Shown here piece by piece: positions 8,878-16,714 of a DNA stretch of 41,081 nucleotides. Source of the DNA: Candidatus Nanoarchaeia archaeon (GTDB lineage: Archaea > Nanobdellota > Nanobdellia > Woesearchaeales > JACQNA01); assembly GCA_035289865.1 (NCBI GenBank), contig DATDVW010000079.1, positions 1-41,081 on the forward strand. Reading direction: 5' to 3'. A program made the position numbers and the translations under genes. Numbering within the stretch: the stretch's first letter is position 1; every line of letters begins with the position of its first letter. The notes below the pieces were generated by a model, which ran no database searches, was not told the DNA's origin, and saw only the letters and a list, made by a program, of their open reading frames with translations.

Positions 8878-10274
8878 AAGTATGCGGTCGGCACATATAT
8901 CGCCTTTGCCGGCAGCCTCTGGCCGATGGCTGAGTCTTTGATTTCAATCGCATTCTTGCCGAGGACAAACGTCCGGGTAAAGGGGATATCGGTCTTCCCC
9001 AAGGAGAGTATCATCTTCCCGCGGAGCAGCGGCTTGATGCTCAGGGGGAGATGGATTAGGATTCTGAGCACAATGTTTTTTAAGGGGGAGAGCTGCTGGA
9101 AAGGGAACACCTGATGGCAGGTGCCGGAGACCGTGATCGTGTTCCCGCTGAGGATGTACTGATTATTTCCCTGCGTGGTGATGATCCTCCCCCGGCGCTT
9201 TGCGAAATAGCCATGGTCGTCATGCCGGCCTGGGCTGAACAGGGCATATACCCCTTTCCGCGCGCTGATGGCCGCGTAGTATGCTTTGGTGCGCGCGACA
9301 ACCAGCCCCGCATGGGAAAAGTGAATTCGGGAGGGAAAATGGGGCTGCTTCGCTTTTCTGCCGGAGAAGGGGATAGACTGGAGATAGCTGGTGTGATAGG
9401 GAAAGGCGTACCGGTCATCCATCCTTGCCGGGTTGAGGTTCTGCAGGATGCGCTGGTGGCAGACTTCCGCGATGTATCTGCTGGCAGGGGCGTCCATTAT
9501 CTCGAATCCGTAAGGGAAGAACAGCTCGGTGTTCCTGCTGCCGTAGATCCCCCCGATGCTGCCGTCTGGGTGGATAAAATGGGAAACAAATCCTATTGCG
9601 CGGCGGATGACCGGCAGCACTGCCCGATCTTTGGACTTCTCATAATATTTCGCCAGGAATTCGATAGAAAGCGTCTGGTAGCCCGGGTCTGCTCCGCCGT
9701 ATTCCGGAAACCAACCCTCTGCATCTTGTTTGAGGACAGCAAGCTTTGCCTGGACCGCCACCAGGATTCGCTGGTCTTTGGCGATCAGATAGGTATTGTA
9801 TAGTGCGGTGATGGAGCCAATCTCCTGGTTCGCCACCTGCTCTGAGGAGAACAGGAACCGGGCTGATTTCAGGAACGCTTTGACGAGTGCAGCGTCATGG
9901 AGGCCGAGCAGCAGGTATGTTTCTGTGGCTGCATAGAGGGAGAATGCGGTTGCGCAGAAGCTTTTTTCATTCGGGTACCATTCGTCAAGGCTGCCGTCTG
10001 CATGCTGGCTCTTTGCCCAGAAACGGAGGGCTGCCAACGCCCATTCCCTGAAGCGCGTATCCTGGTAATAGGGGTTGCCTGGAAAGTCTTTCGTACAGCA
10101 GAATGCCAGGCTGAGCATGGCCTCCTGGAAGCGTGCAGAGGGGAAGTCTGTTTGCTTGTAGCACCAGTAATGCTTGTCCAGGCAGCCATAGGTGGCGGAG
10201 AGAGGATTCTTGTCGATAGAGGAAATGATCCGGGGGATGACGGCCAATGCAATAGCTCGGTAGTGCTGCCTCAT
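8874..10274 (-). CDS. Hypothetical protein; possibly heparinase II/III-like (alpha/alpha toroid + beta-sandwich) polysaccharide-modifying enzyme
   Basis: The W/Y-rich helical N-terminal half and 'HFSHAGLVVAR...GRHDDHGYF...G...QG' loosely resemble the heparinase II/III C-terminal block. The ORF-track start is TTG, so the adjacent ATG at 10274 is used. Confidence 0.45.
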   Translation of the reverse strand: MRQHYRAIALAVIPRIISSIDKNPLSATYGCLDKHYWCYKQTDFPSARFQEAMLSLAFCCTKDFPGNPYYQDTRFREWALAALRFWAKSQHADGSLDEWYPNEKSFCATAFSLYAATETYLLLGLHDAALVKAFLKSARFLFSSEQVANQEIGSITALYNTYLIAKDQRILVAVQAKLAVLKQDAEGWFPEYGGADPGYQTLSIEFLAKYYEKSKDRAVLPVIRRAIGFVSHFIHPDGSIGGIYGSRNTELFFPYGFEIMDAPASRYIAEVCHQRILQNLNPARMDDRYAFPYHTSYLQSIPFSGRKAKQPHFPSRIHFSHAGLVVARTKAYYAAISARKGVYALFSPGRHDDHGYFAKRRGRIITTQGNNQYILSGNTITVSGTCHQVFPFQQLSPLKNIVLRILIHLPLSIKPLLRGKMILSLGKTDIPFTRTFVLGKNAIEIKDSAIGQRLPAKAIYVPTAYF

Positions 10275-10296
10275 CAAGGGAAAGAAGGCTGTTTTG

Positions 10297-10305
10297 TTTT
10301 TAAAC
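10297..10305 (-). promoter_or_regulatory. TATA-like box (GTTTAAAAA on minus strand)
   Basis: About 25 nt upstream of the ATG at 10274 on the minus strand. Confidence 0.45.
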
Positions 10306-10333
10306 CTAACGACGGAGATGATGTTCTTGTTCG

Positions 10334-11203
10334 TTACCCCTGCTTCTCGAGCACGACCATAGTCTTAAAAGCGAATTGACTTTTGAATGGGAGAAACTGC
10401 TCAATAGTACGAAGTAATGGATAAAAAGAATCAGGAACAAGGCTATTTCGATGAAATCCGCCGGTAAGGGGATAAACGATGTATTCAAATACCTCTTTAT
10501 GGATGATAGTAAACTTCGGAAAGTTTTTCTTGAATACGTCCAATCGCTTGTAGAATAGTATTGTTGGTATTGCAAGATTTGCATCAAGCGCTTTGTCATT
10601 CACACGAAGTGAAAAAAAATCAATGTCTTCGTGGTGGAAGAGCTTCCTTATTACATATGAGAAAGGTGAGAGGTATGGCTCCACAAGGATGAGCTTGCCT
10701 TTGGGCTCTAACACCCGTAATGCTTCGTTTAAGAAAGAAAATGCGGAGGTGTAGTGATGAATGCCATCAATTACCACTAGGGTGCTTATCGAGTCTCTGG
10801 AGAAAGGCAGGGAGGTTGAGCTCGTAACGAGATCTATGTAAGGGCTGTATCGAATATCGCTGCTGATGCAGTAGAGAAAGGAGTCTTTAAAGTTTCCTAT
10901 GCCCGCACTGAGTTCGATACTTAATTTATTTTTGTCTAAGAAGGGGGCAATCTTTTTGTACCATGACCGGTAGGTTTTTCTAAGTATTTTCTTGTTTTCC
11001 CATGTTTTCCTGCACTGATTTAGTTCGCTTATGTCTTCAAATGCGTAACTGAGCTCTGTTTTATGTAAAAGCAACGGGACGCCGGCGTGTATTGGGTACG
11101 TCGCCGGGCATTTCTTACAGCTTAATGTATTCTTATTTAGGGATAAAGAGCCTTTGCAATCCGGACAACATAAGATGCGCCGTATATCTTTGTTCTTTAA
11201 CAT
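10334..11203 (-). CDS. Trm112-like zinc-ribbon + class I SAM-dependent methyltransferase
   Basis: 'ILCCPDCKGSL...LSCKKCPATYPIHAGVPLLL' (CxxC...CxxC ribbon) followed by a methyltransferase-like core ('ELSAGIGNF'). The ORF-track start is TTG, so the first ATG (11203) is used. The gene is visibly AT-rich. Confidence 0.7.
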   Translation of the reverse strand: MLKNKDIRRILCCPDCKGSLSLNKNTLSCKKCPATYPIHAGVPLLLHKTELSYAFEDISELNQCRKTWENKKILRKTYRSWYKKIAPFLDKNKLSIELSAGIGNFKDSFLYCISSDIRYSPYIDLVTSSTSLPFSRDSISTLVVIDGIHHYTSAFSFLNEALRVLEPKGKLILVEPYLSPFSYVIRKLFHHEDIDFFSLRVNDKALDANLAIPTILFYKRLDVFKKNFPKFTIIHKEVFEYIVYPLTGGFHRNSLVPDSFYPLLRTIEQFLPFKSQFAFKTMVVLEKQG

Positions 11204-11442
11204 GGTCTTTTGGTCCCTACTTTTATTCGTCAAAAACCACCGGGCTGATGTCGGAAATCAGGGATTTCTGAGCACACTCAAAAATGCTCGGCATTTTTGA
11301 TGGAATGGTGGAAATTGATATTATGATGTTTATTTAATGAGAAAGTATACCCCCATTATAAAGAGTTAACGTAAGCTTTATAAGGGATGGAGAATATCAG
11401 ATGTAACCTGTTGGAAGGACTATCTCAAACGAGTGACCGTCT

Positions 11443-12906
11443 ATGAACGCCATGCTCTTAATCCCCCCATCCCGCTACTCCAATAATGTAGCCCGGGACC
11501 TGCTCTGGGGGTGCTGGTGCAAGGGAAAGCGGATTGCAGCAGCTGAATTCCCCAATGTGACCATTCTCCAGATGAGCACGATGATGAAAGAAAAGGGGCA
11601 TGAGGTTACGATTGTTGATTCTACCGCAGAGAAATACACATTTGATGATGTCGAGCGGATTGTGGAAGAGAAGCAGCCCGAGGCAATCTTCGTGCCGAGC
11701 GCCACCATGTCCTTCAAAGAGGACGCCAGCACGTTGAAGGACTTAAAGGAGCTGGTGAAGGGGAAATGTTACGGGATTTCGTACGGCGCCCATGCCACTT
11801 TTCTCCGGGAGAAGGCATTGGAGGAGCCTGGTGTTGACATTACGTTGCTGCATGAGCATGAATTCTCTGCACTGGAGGTGCTGGATGCATTGCAGGACGG
11901 GAAAGAGCTGGACAATATCAAGGGCATCGGCTTCAAGAGGAATGGGGCTGCGGTGATGACCGAGCGCAGGGAATGGACCAGTCTTGATGAGCTGCCGATT
12001 GCGGACAGAACACCGATATGGGATTATATATATTTCAACCCCCAGGTAAAGAGGGTGCCCTGGACCACTATGCTTACCTCCAAGGGGTGCCCGGCGCGCT
12101 GCAATTTCTGCACTACGCCCAGCTTTTACGGAAACACGTGGAGGGGGATGAGCCCCAAGAGAGTAGTTGATGAAATGGAGTACCTTGCCAACAGGGGATA
12201 TAAGGAAATCTTCTTCCGGGACGAGACCTGGACAGGAAATTTCAGAAGGACTGATGAGATATGCAATATGATTATCGAGTGCGGACTGGAGAAAAGGCTT
12301 ACCTGGATTTGCTCGTCACGGGTGAATACCCTGAAGAATGAGGAGCAGGTGCGCCTGATGAAGCGGGCAGGCTGCCACATGCTCCGCTTTGGCGTGGAGA
12401 GTGGGGACAACCAAATCCTTAAGAATATCAATAAATCTGCTACTGTTGAGCAGTGCGAGCGGACATTTGAGTGGTGCAGGAAAGCAGGAATAGAAACCCA
12501 TGCACATACTATGCTTGGCTCGGTAGGAGAAACCTGGGAGACTGTCCACAAAACCATTGCGTTCCTCAAGAAGATTCAGCCAACGACAGTGACATGCGGC
12601 GCTTATACACCGTATCCTGGAACTCCGATATTTGAGGAGGTACGGCAGAAAGATGCCTCCATTGGTGACGGCACCAGCGCTGCATTGAGCCTGCATAATA
12701 AGGGGTATTACTCGCACCATTTCTCCAAACTCAGCGAGGAAGAGGTAGGAAAGGCTGTTCGGCTGCTTTACAAGGAGTTCTACCTGCGCCCGAGGTATAT
12801 GATGAAGACGCTGCTCCGGATGCGCTCGCTCAGCGAGTTTCGGAGAGCTGCTTCTGCAGGGATGCAGGTGCTGTCGTACGTGTCACATGGCGAGGGCGAG
12901 GAATAA
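11443..12906 (+). CDS. B12-binding-domain radical SAM protein (class B)
   Basis: 'GCPARCNFCTTP' CX3CX2C cluster motif about 210 aa in. N-terminal Rossmann-like 'HEVTIVDSTAE...PEAIFV' typical of cobalamin-binding rSAMs. 487 aa. Confidence 0.85.
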   Translation: MNAMLLIPPSRYSNNVARDLLWGCWCKGKRIAAAEFPNVTILQMSTMMKEKGHEVTIVDSTAEKYTFDDVERIVEEKQPEAIFVPSATMSFKEDASTLKDLKELVKGKCYGISYGAHATFLREKALEEPGVDITLLHEHEFSALEVLDALQDGKELDNIKGIGFKRNGAAVMTERREWTSLDELPIADRTPIWDYIYFNPQVKRVPWTTMLTSKGCPARCNFCTTPSFYGNTWRGMSPKRVVDEMEYLANRGYKEIFFRDETWTGNFRRTDEICNMIIECGLEKRLTWICSSRVNTLKNEEQVRLMKRAGCHMLRFGVESGDNQILKNINKSATVEQCERTFEWCRKAGIETHAHTMLGSVGETWETVHKTIAFLKKIQPTTVTCGAYTPYPGTPIFEEVRQKDASIGDGTSAALSLHNKGYYSHHFSKLSEEEVGKAVRLLYKEFYLRPRYMMKTLLRMRSLSEFRRAASAGMQVLSYVSHGEGEE

Positions 12907-13792
12907 TTAGGTTCTTCATGAACAGCAGCCCGGCGATGCCGGGAAACAGGTTTCTCAATGTTGCGCACAATCCGATGCCCACCATCAGTGATGCCGGAGC
13001 GTAGCCCGTGAATAGGAAGATAAAGGCAGAGTCTCTGGTGCCAATACCGTTAAAGCTGATTGGAATCATCCCGATAGTGATTGCAATGGGGACTAAAGAG
13101 AGTAATGATGGGCTGATCGGGAAGCGGAAAGTGAGGAAAAACAGGTAAAACTGGAAGAGCTGGATGGTCCAGTTAATAATGGAAAATCCGGCTATGGTGA
13201 AGAGCTGCATTGGATTGCGCCTGATGCCATTGGCGAACTGGGCAAGGCCTGCATACGCTCCCCTTAGCTTTTTGAACGGAATCAGGGGGAGGAAGATGCT
13301 GAAGTCAATGCAGAGGAGCAGGGCGCTGGTCAAGAGAAAGCCTGCTGCAAGCAGAAGGATTATCCAGATGAGCGATGTCTTTTCAGGAACAAAGATTCCG
13401 GCAGCAAGGACAAGGGAGAAGAGGGCAAACAAGTCGAGATATTTTTCCATGATGATGGAAGATATGCCGCTCGCAAGTGGGAGGCGTTCCTGTAATGCGT
13501 ATGCCCTGCCAAAATCGCCGAGCTTTGAGGGGGTGACAATGTTCAGGCTCATGCCTACCAAGGTGAGCTGAATGGATTCTGTAAGCGAAAGACGATAATG
13601 GGAGCGGATGATTACCCTGTAGCGGAGCGCGTGGATGATGATGATGGGGATGAGCAGAATGAATGAGAAAAAGAGATACCAGAGATTCATGGTGCGGAAA
13701 TAGCGCGCTAACTCATGGATATCAATAGTCGCCGCGATGCCGGCAAGGATGGCAATAGAGACTGCCGCTGCAATTATTGTTCTGGCATTCAT
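12830..13792 (-). CDS. Flippase-like / lysyl-PG-synthase-TM-region family membrane protein
   Basis: About 8 hydrophobic helices with an 'ALRYRVI' block after TM2, typical of the LPG_synthase_TM (UPF0104) family. ATGA overlap with the upstream GT2. Confidence 0.65.
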   Translation of the reverse strand: MNARTIIAAAVSIAILAGIAATIDIHELARYFRTMNLWYLFFSFILLIPIIIIHALRYRVIIRSHYRLSLTESIQLTLVGMSLNIVTPSKLGDFGRAYALQERLPLASGISSIIMEKYLDLFALFSLVLAAGIFVPEKTSLIWIILLLAAGFLLTSALLLCIDFSIFLPLIPFKKLRGAYAGLAQFANGIRRNPMQLFTIAGFSIINWTIQLFQFYLFFLTFRFPISPSLLSLVPIAITIGMIPISFNGIGTRDSAFIFLFTGYAPASLMVGIGLCATLRNLFPGIAGLLFMKNLIIPRPRHVTRTTAPASLQKQLSETR

Positions 13793-14667
13793 GAGCGTTG
13801 CTTGTCTGCGAGGAAGCCGAAGAGGATGATCTGCAGCCCGGAGAGGAGGAAGAAGACTGTTACCAAGAGCGTCGGGATGATCTTGTCGAGGGCGCTGATG
13901 CCGAAGTGGATAGTGAATATCAGGGTGTATACTGCAAACAAGAAACTGACGAGGAACAGGAACAGGCCGATGCCGCCGAAGAATTTCAGGGGCTCAAAAT
14001 CCCGGTAGATGCGCATGATGGTAATCCATACCCGGTATGCATAGCTGAAGGGATTGCGCATGAGCCTGCTCTGCCGGGTTTTCCGCGCAGATATGGGTAC
14101 TTCGGCTATCCTGAGCTTCGCGCGGGCTGCACGGATGATCTGCTCCTGGGTGTAAGTGTAGCCGGAGATTATGGGAAGCCGCGCGACTGCCGGAGTGAAC
14201 GCGCGGAAGCCAGTCTGCGCATCAGTGACCCTGATTCCGGCGATGTGGGAGATGACCCGGGAGAATGCCTTGTTTCCCAGGCGCTTGAGCAGCGGCATGG
14301 ACTCTATCCTGCCGGCAAAGCGGCTGCCCAGGACCAGGTCATTGCCTTTTTTGAGCGCTGCGATCATTTCCGGGATGTGCCGTGCAGGATACTGGAGGTC
14401 GGCATCCGTGTGGATGATAATGTCTGCTTTCCGCTGCAGCGCCTGGCGCATCTCCTCGCGGAATGCCTCTGCCAGGCCGAAGTTCCGGGGGTGGCTGGTG
14501 ACCATGGCGCCCAGCGAGCGGGCGATGGCAGCGGTCTTATCCCGCGATCCGTCATCCAGGACATGGATGCTGTAGGGATAGCCCTTCAGTGCTTCATGAA
14601 TCTCCTGGATTGCAGCGGCAATAGTCTGCTCCTCATGGTAGGCAGGCAGGGTGACGACGATGCGCAT
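13789..14667 (-). CDS. GT2 polyprenyl-phosphate glycosyltransferase (DPM1/GtrB-like) with two C-terminal TM helices
   Basis: 'VTLPAYHEE', 'VLDDGSRDKT', 'HTDADLQ' (DxD), C-terminal 'FFGGIGLFLFLVSFLF...LLVTVFFLLSGLQIILFGF'. Start set at the internal ATG at 14667, because the longer ORF (to 15138) overlaps the divergent gene. Confidence 0.85.
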   Translation of the reverse strand: MRIVVTLPAYHEEQTIAAAIQEIHEALKGYPYSIHVLDDGSRDKTAAIARSLGAMVTSHPRNFGLAEAFREEMRQALQRKADIIIHTDADLQYPARHIPEMIAALKKGNDLVLGSRFAGRIESMPLLKRLGNKAFSRVISHIAGIRVTDAQTGFRAFTPAVARLPIISGYTYTQEQIIRAARAKLRIAEVPISARKTRQSRLMRNPFSYAYRVWITIMRIYRDFEPLKFFGGIGLFLFLVSFLFAVYTLIFTIHFGISALDKIIPTLLVTVFFLLSGLQIILFGFLADKQRS

Positions 14668-14688
14668 AATGCAGCAAGCGCCGGATGG

Positions 14689-14696
14689 TTTAAAAA
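14689..14696 (-). promoter_or_regulatory. TATA-like octamer (TTTAAAAA on + strand, read as TTTTTAAA on the - strand) for GT2 operon
   Basis: About 25 nt from the ATG at 14667. Confidence 0.5.
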
Positions 14697-14719
14697 GGTT
14701 TGCGGAAGCAACCTGCACG

Positions 14720-14727
14720 TTTAAAAA
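14720..14727 (+). promoter_or_regulatory. TATA-like octamer TTTAAAAA for the 654-aa membrane protein
   Basis: Starts 30 nt upstream of the ATG at 14750. Same octamer as 14689-14696. Confidence 0.5.
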
Positions 14728-14749
14728 GCAGCAGTGATTCCCGCCCCGG

Positions 14750-16714
14750 ATGAAGATTCCGCTTATCGGCATCATCGCTGCGCTAATCGGCGCATGCATC
14801 CTCTGGAACCCGCTGATCGTATTCGTGGTGCCTGGCGTCTTTCTGCTCTTCCCGCGCCGGGACTTCATCCATGCGCTGATATATTGCATCGGCGCTTCCC
14901 TGGCGTTCTGGATTGCCGCTGCATGGTTTGTGCGGTTCGCCGGATGGTCGTTGACAAACACTGTATATGTAGTTGCTCTCCTGTCGCTGCTCGGCATCGC
15001 CCTGCTGTTCCGGAAGAGCCTTAGGCCTGTAGAGATACGCCGGGAGAGCGCTGCTGTTCTGGCAGTATTTGGCGTCATTCTCCTCCTCCGCCTGCTGCCC
15101 ATGAGCCAGATGATTGTGGCCCCTGGCCCAGGAGACATGGCGGAGCATACCTATCCGGTCACCCTGATTCAGCTCAACGACGGGCTGCCAAATTCGTATG
15201 AGCCTTTGTTGCCGATTCCCTATTTTGGGACGTATGCAGTCGGCTTCCATACCATCAGCGGATTGTTCACGCTGCTGAGTGATATTCCTGATTACCGCGC
15301 CACGTTCCTCATGGCGGGCCTAGTGTATGTTCTGCTGAGTATGGCAGTGTTTGTGTTGGTCAATCAGTTCTTCAGCAAAAAAACTGCGCTAATCACCTCT
15401 CTTGCTGCGCTGTTCTTAACGACTTACCCGCAGCTGATATTCCACTGGGGAGGCAACCCTACCGCATTCAGCTTCTTTTTCGTGGTGCTTGGGATGTCGC
15501 TGCTGGTGCGCATCCATGAGCTGCGATTAACAGAAATTGTTCTGTCAGCAGGGTTTCTTGCTGCAGCGCTTCTTACCCACATCAATCCGTTCCTGACATT
15601 TTTCTATGTGTATGGAGGATATGCGGCATATCAAGCTGTCAGCAGGCTCATCGCCGGAAAAGGAGTACAACGCATGATTATCAACCTGCTGAGCATCGTA
15701 GTTATTGCTGCACTGCTGCTTGTTCCGTATTTCGCCTATTTTGAGCTCGGGCTTTCTGCGGATGAACGCGAGGAGTTCACGCAAAAGTATTTTGACCATA
15801 CAGTGTTTCCCGCATTCCTGCCACGAGCACTGGAGAACATCCTCATCGGGCCGATACAGGCAGTTGCGTTCACCAGCATCCCTTTTGCGCTGATGGCCGC
15901 TCTCGGATGGGTTATGCTCACCTGGCAGCGAAAGCGAATTGTGCTGGATGCTACGATGTTTACACTCCTTGTTTTCCTGATGATTGTAAATGCAAAATAC
16001 TGGATCCTGCCGTTCTCATTTACGCTGATGACAGATAGGATCAGCCTGTTTTTCATCATCCCGTTTTCCTTCTGCACCGCAGGGCTGGTGGAACAGCTCG
16101 TGAAACGGAAGGCATTCTGGATTGCTGTCGGGCTGTATCTCGTGCTGGTGATCGGTTATTTCTCGGCGGTCGACATTAATTATTTTACTTCTCCTTATTA
16201 TACTGACCGGAGCGCGATCGGCGTTAAGGATGTTGCTGCTCTTGCCGCCTACCAGGCTATTGGCGGGCCTGCTGCATTGTTCATGTTCGGTATGGAGAAC
16301 GATTCTCTTATCACTGAAGCTGACCTACTGGCATTTGCTTGGATACGGGAGAATACCCTACCTGAAGACATATTCATAAATGATCAGTCAGGAAAATGGA
16401 TTCCGGTAATGACACACCGCCGCATCCTTATCGTTCATGTGCCTCTCAATTATCATGAAGAGATTCGAGTAGCATACAATCTTACTTCGTTTTACACAAA
16501 AGAGTATATAGTAGGAGGGATAACAACGCCACAGTTTAATCTTGAAGAATTCCTTAGCGATATCGCTAATGTTAAATCCCGAGGTATTAAATATGTTTAT
16601 ATTGGCAAGAAATACCTGTTTAGGTATTTGATAGATTCAGCACTCTTTTTGAATAATCCTGATTACGAACTTGTATATAACGGAGAGGGTGTGCGTATCT
16701 TCAAGGTACGATGA
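14750..16714 (+). CDS. Large polytopic membrane protein, GT-C-like glycosyltransferase/polymerase candidate with C-terminal soluble domain
   Basis: More than 12 predicted hydrophobic helices over about 480 aa, then a hydrophilic tail of about 150 aa. Diverges from a GtrB-like GT2. No WWDYG-type OST motif seen. Confidence 0.5.
   Translation: MKIPLIGIIAALIGACILWNPLIVFVVPGVFLLFPRRDFIHALIYCIGASLAFWIAAAWFVRFAGWSLTNTVYVVALLSLLGIALLFRKSLRPVEIRRESAAVLAVFGVILLLRLLPMSQMIVAPGPGDMAEHTYPVTLIQLNDGLPNSYEPLLPIPYFGTYAVGFHTISGLFTLLSDIPDYRATFLMAGLVYVLLSMAVFVLVNQFFSKKTALITSLAALFLTTYPQLIFHWGGNPTAFSFFFVVLGMSLLVRIHELRLTEIVLSAGFLAAALLTHINPFLTFFYVYGGYAAYQAVSRLIAGKGVQRMIINLLSIVVIAALLLVPYFAYFELGLSADEREEFTQKYFDHTVFPAFLPRALENILIGPIQAVAFTSIPFALMAALGWVMLTWQRKRIVLDATMFTLLVFLMIVNAKYWILPFSFTLMTDRISLFFIIPFSFCTAGLVEQLVKRKAFWIAVGLYLVLVIGYFSAVDINYFTSPYYTDRSAIGVKDVAALAAYQAIGGPAALFMFGMENDSLITEADLLAFAWIRENTLPEDIFINDQSGKWIPVMTHRRILIVHVPLNYHEEIRVAYNLTSFYTKEYIVGGITTPQFNLEEFLSDIANVKSRGIKYVYIGKKYLFRYLIDSALFLNNPDYELVYNGEGVRIFKVR

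Noticed and set aside
11279-11299. The 9-bp hairpin followed by a T5 run as an intrinsic terminator
   Set aside because: It lies between two divergent gene starts, so nothing is obviously terminating there. It is kept as a hairpin observation only.
14668-15138. N-terminal 157-aa extension of the GT2 ORF (13789-15138)
   Set aside because: The extension is Arg/Ser/Thr-rich, overlaps the divergent 654-aa membrane gene, and swallows both TATA boxes. The GT2 domain begins exactly at the internal 'MRIVVTLPAY' (ATG at 14667), which has a TATA 25 nt upstream.
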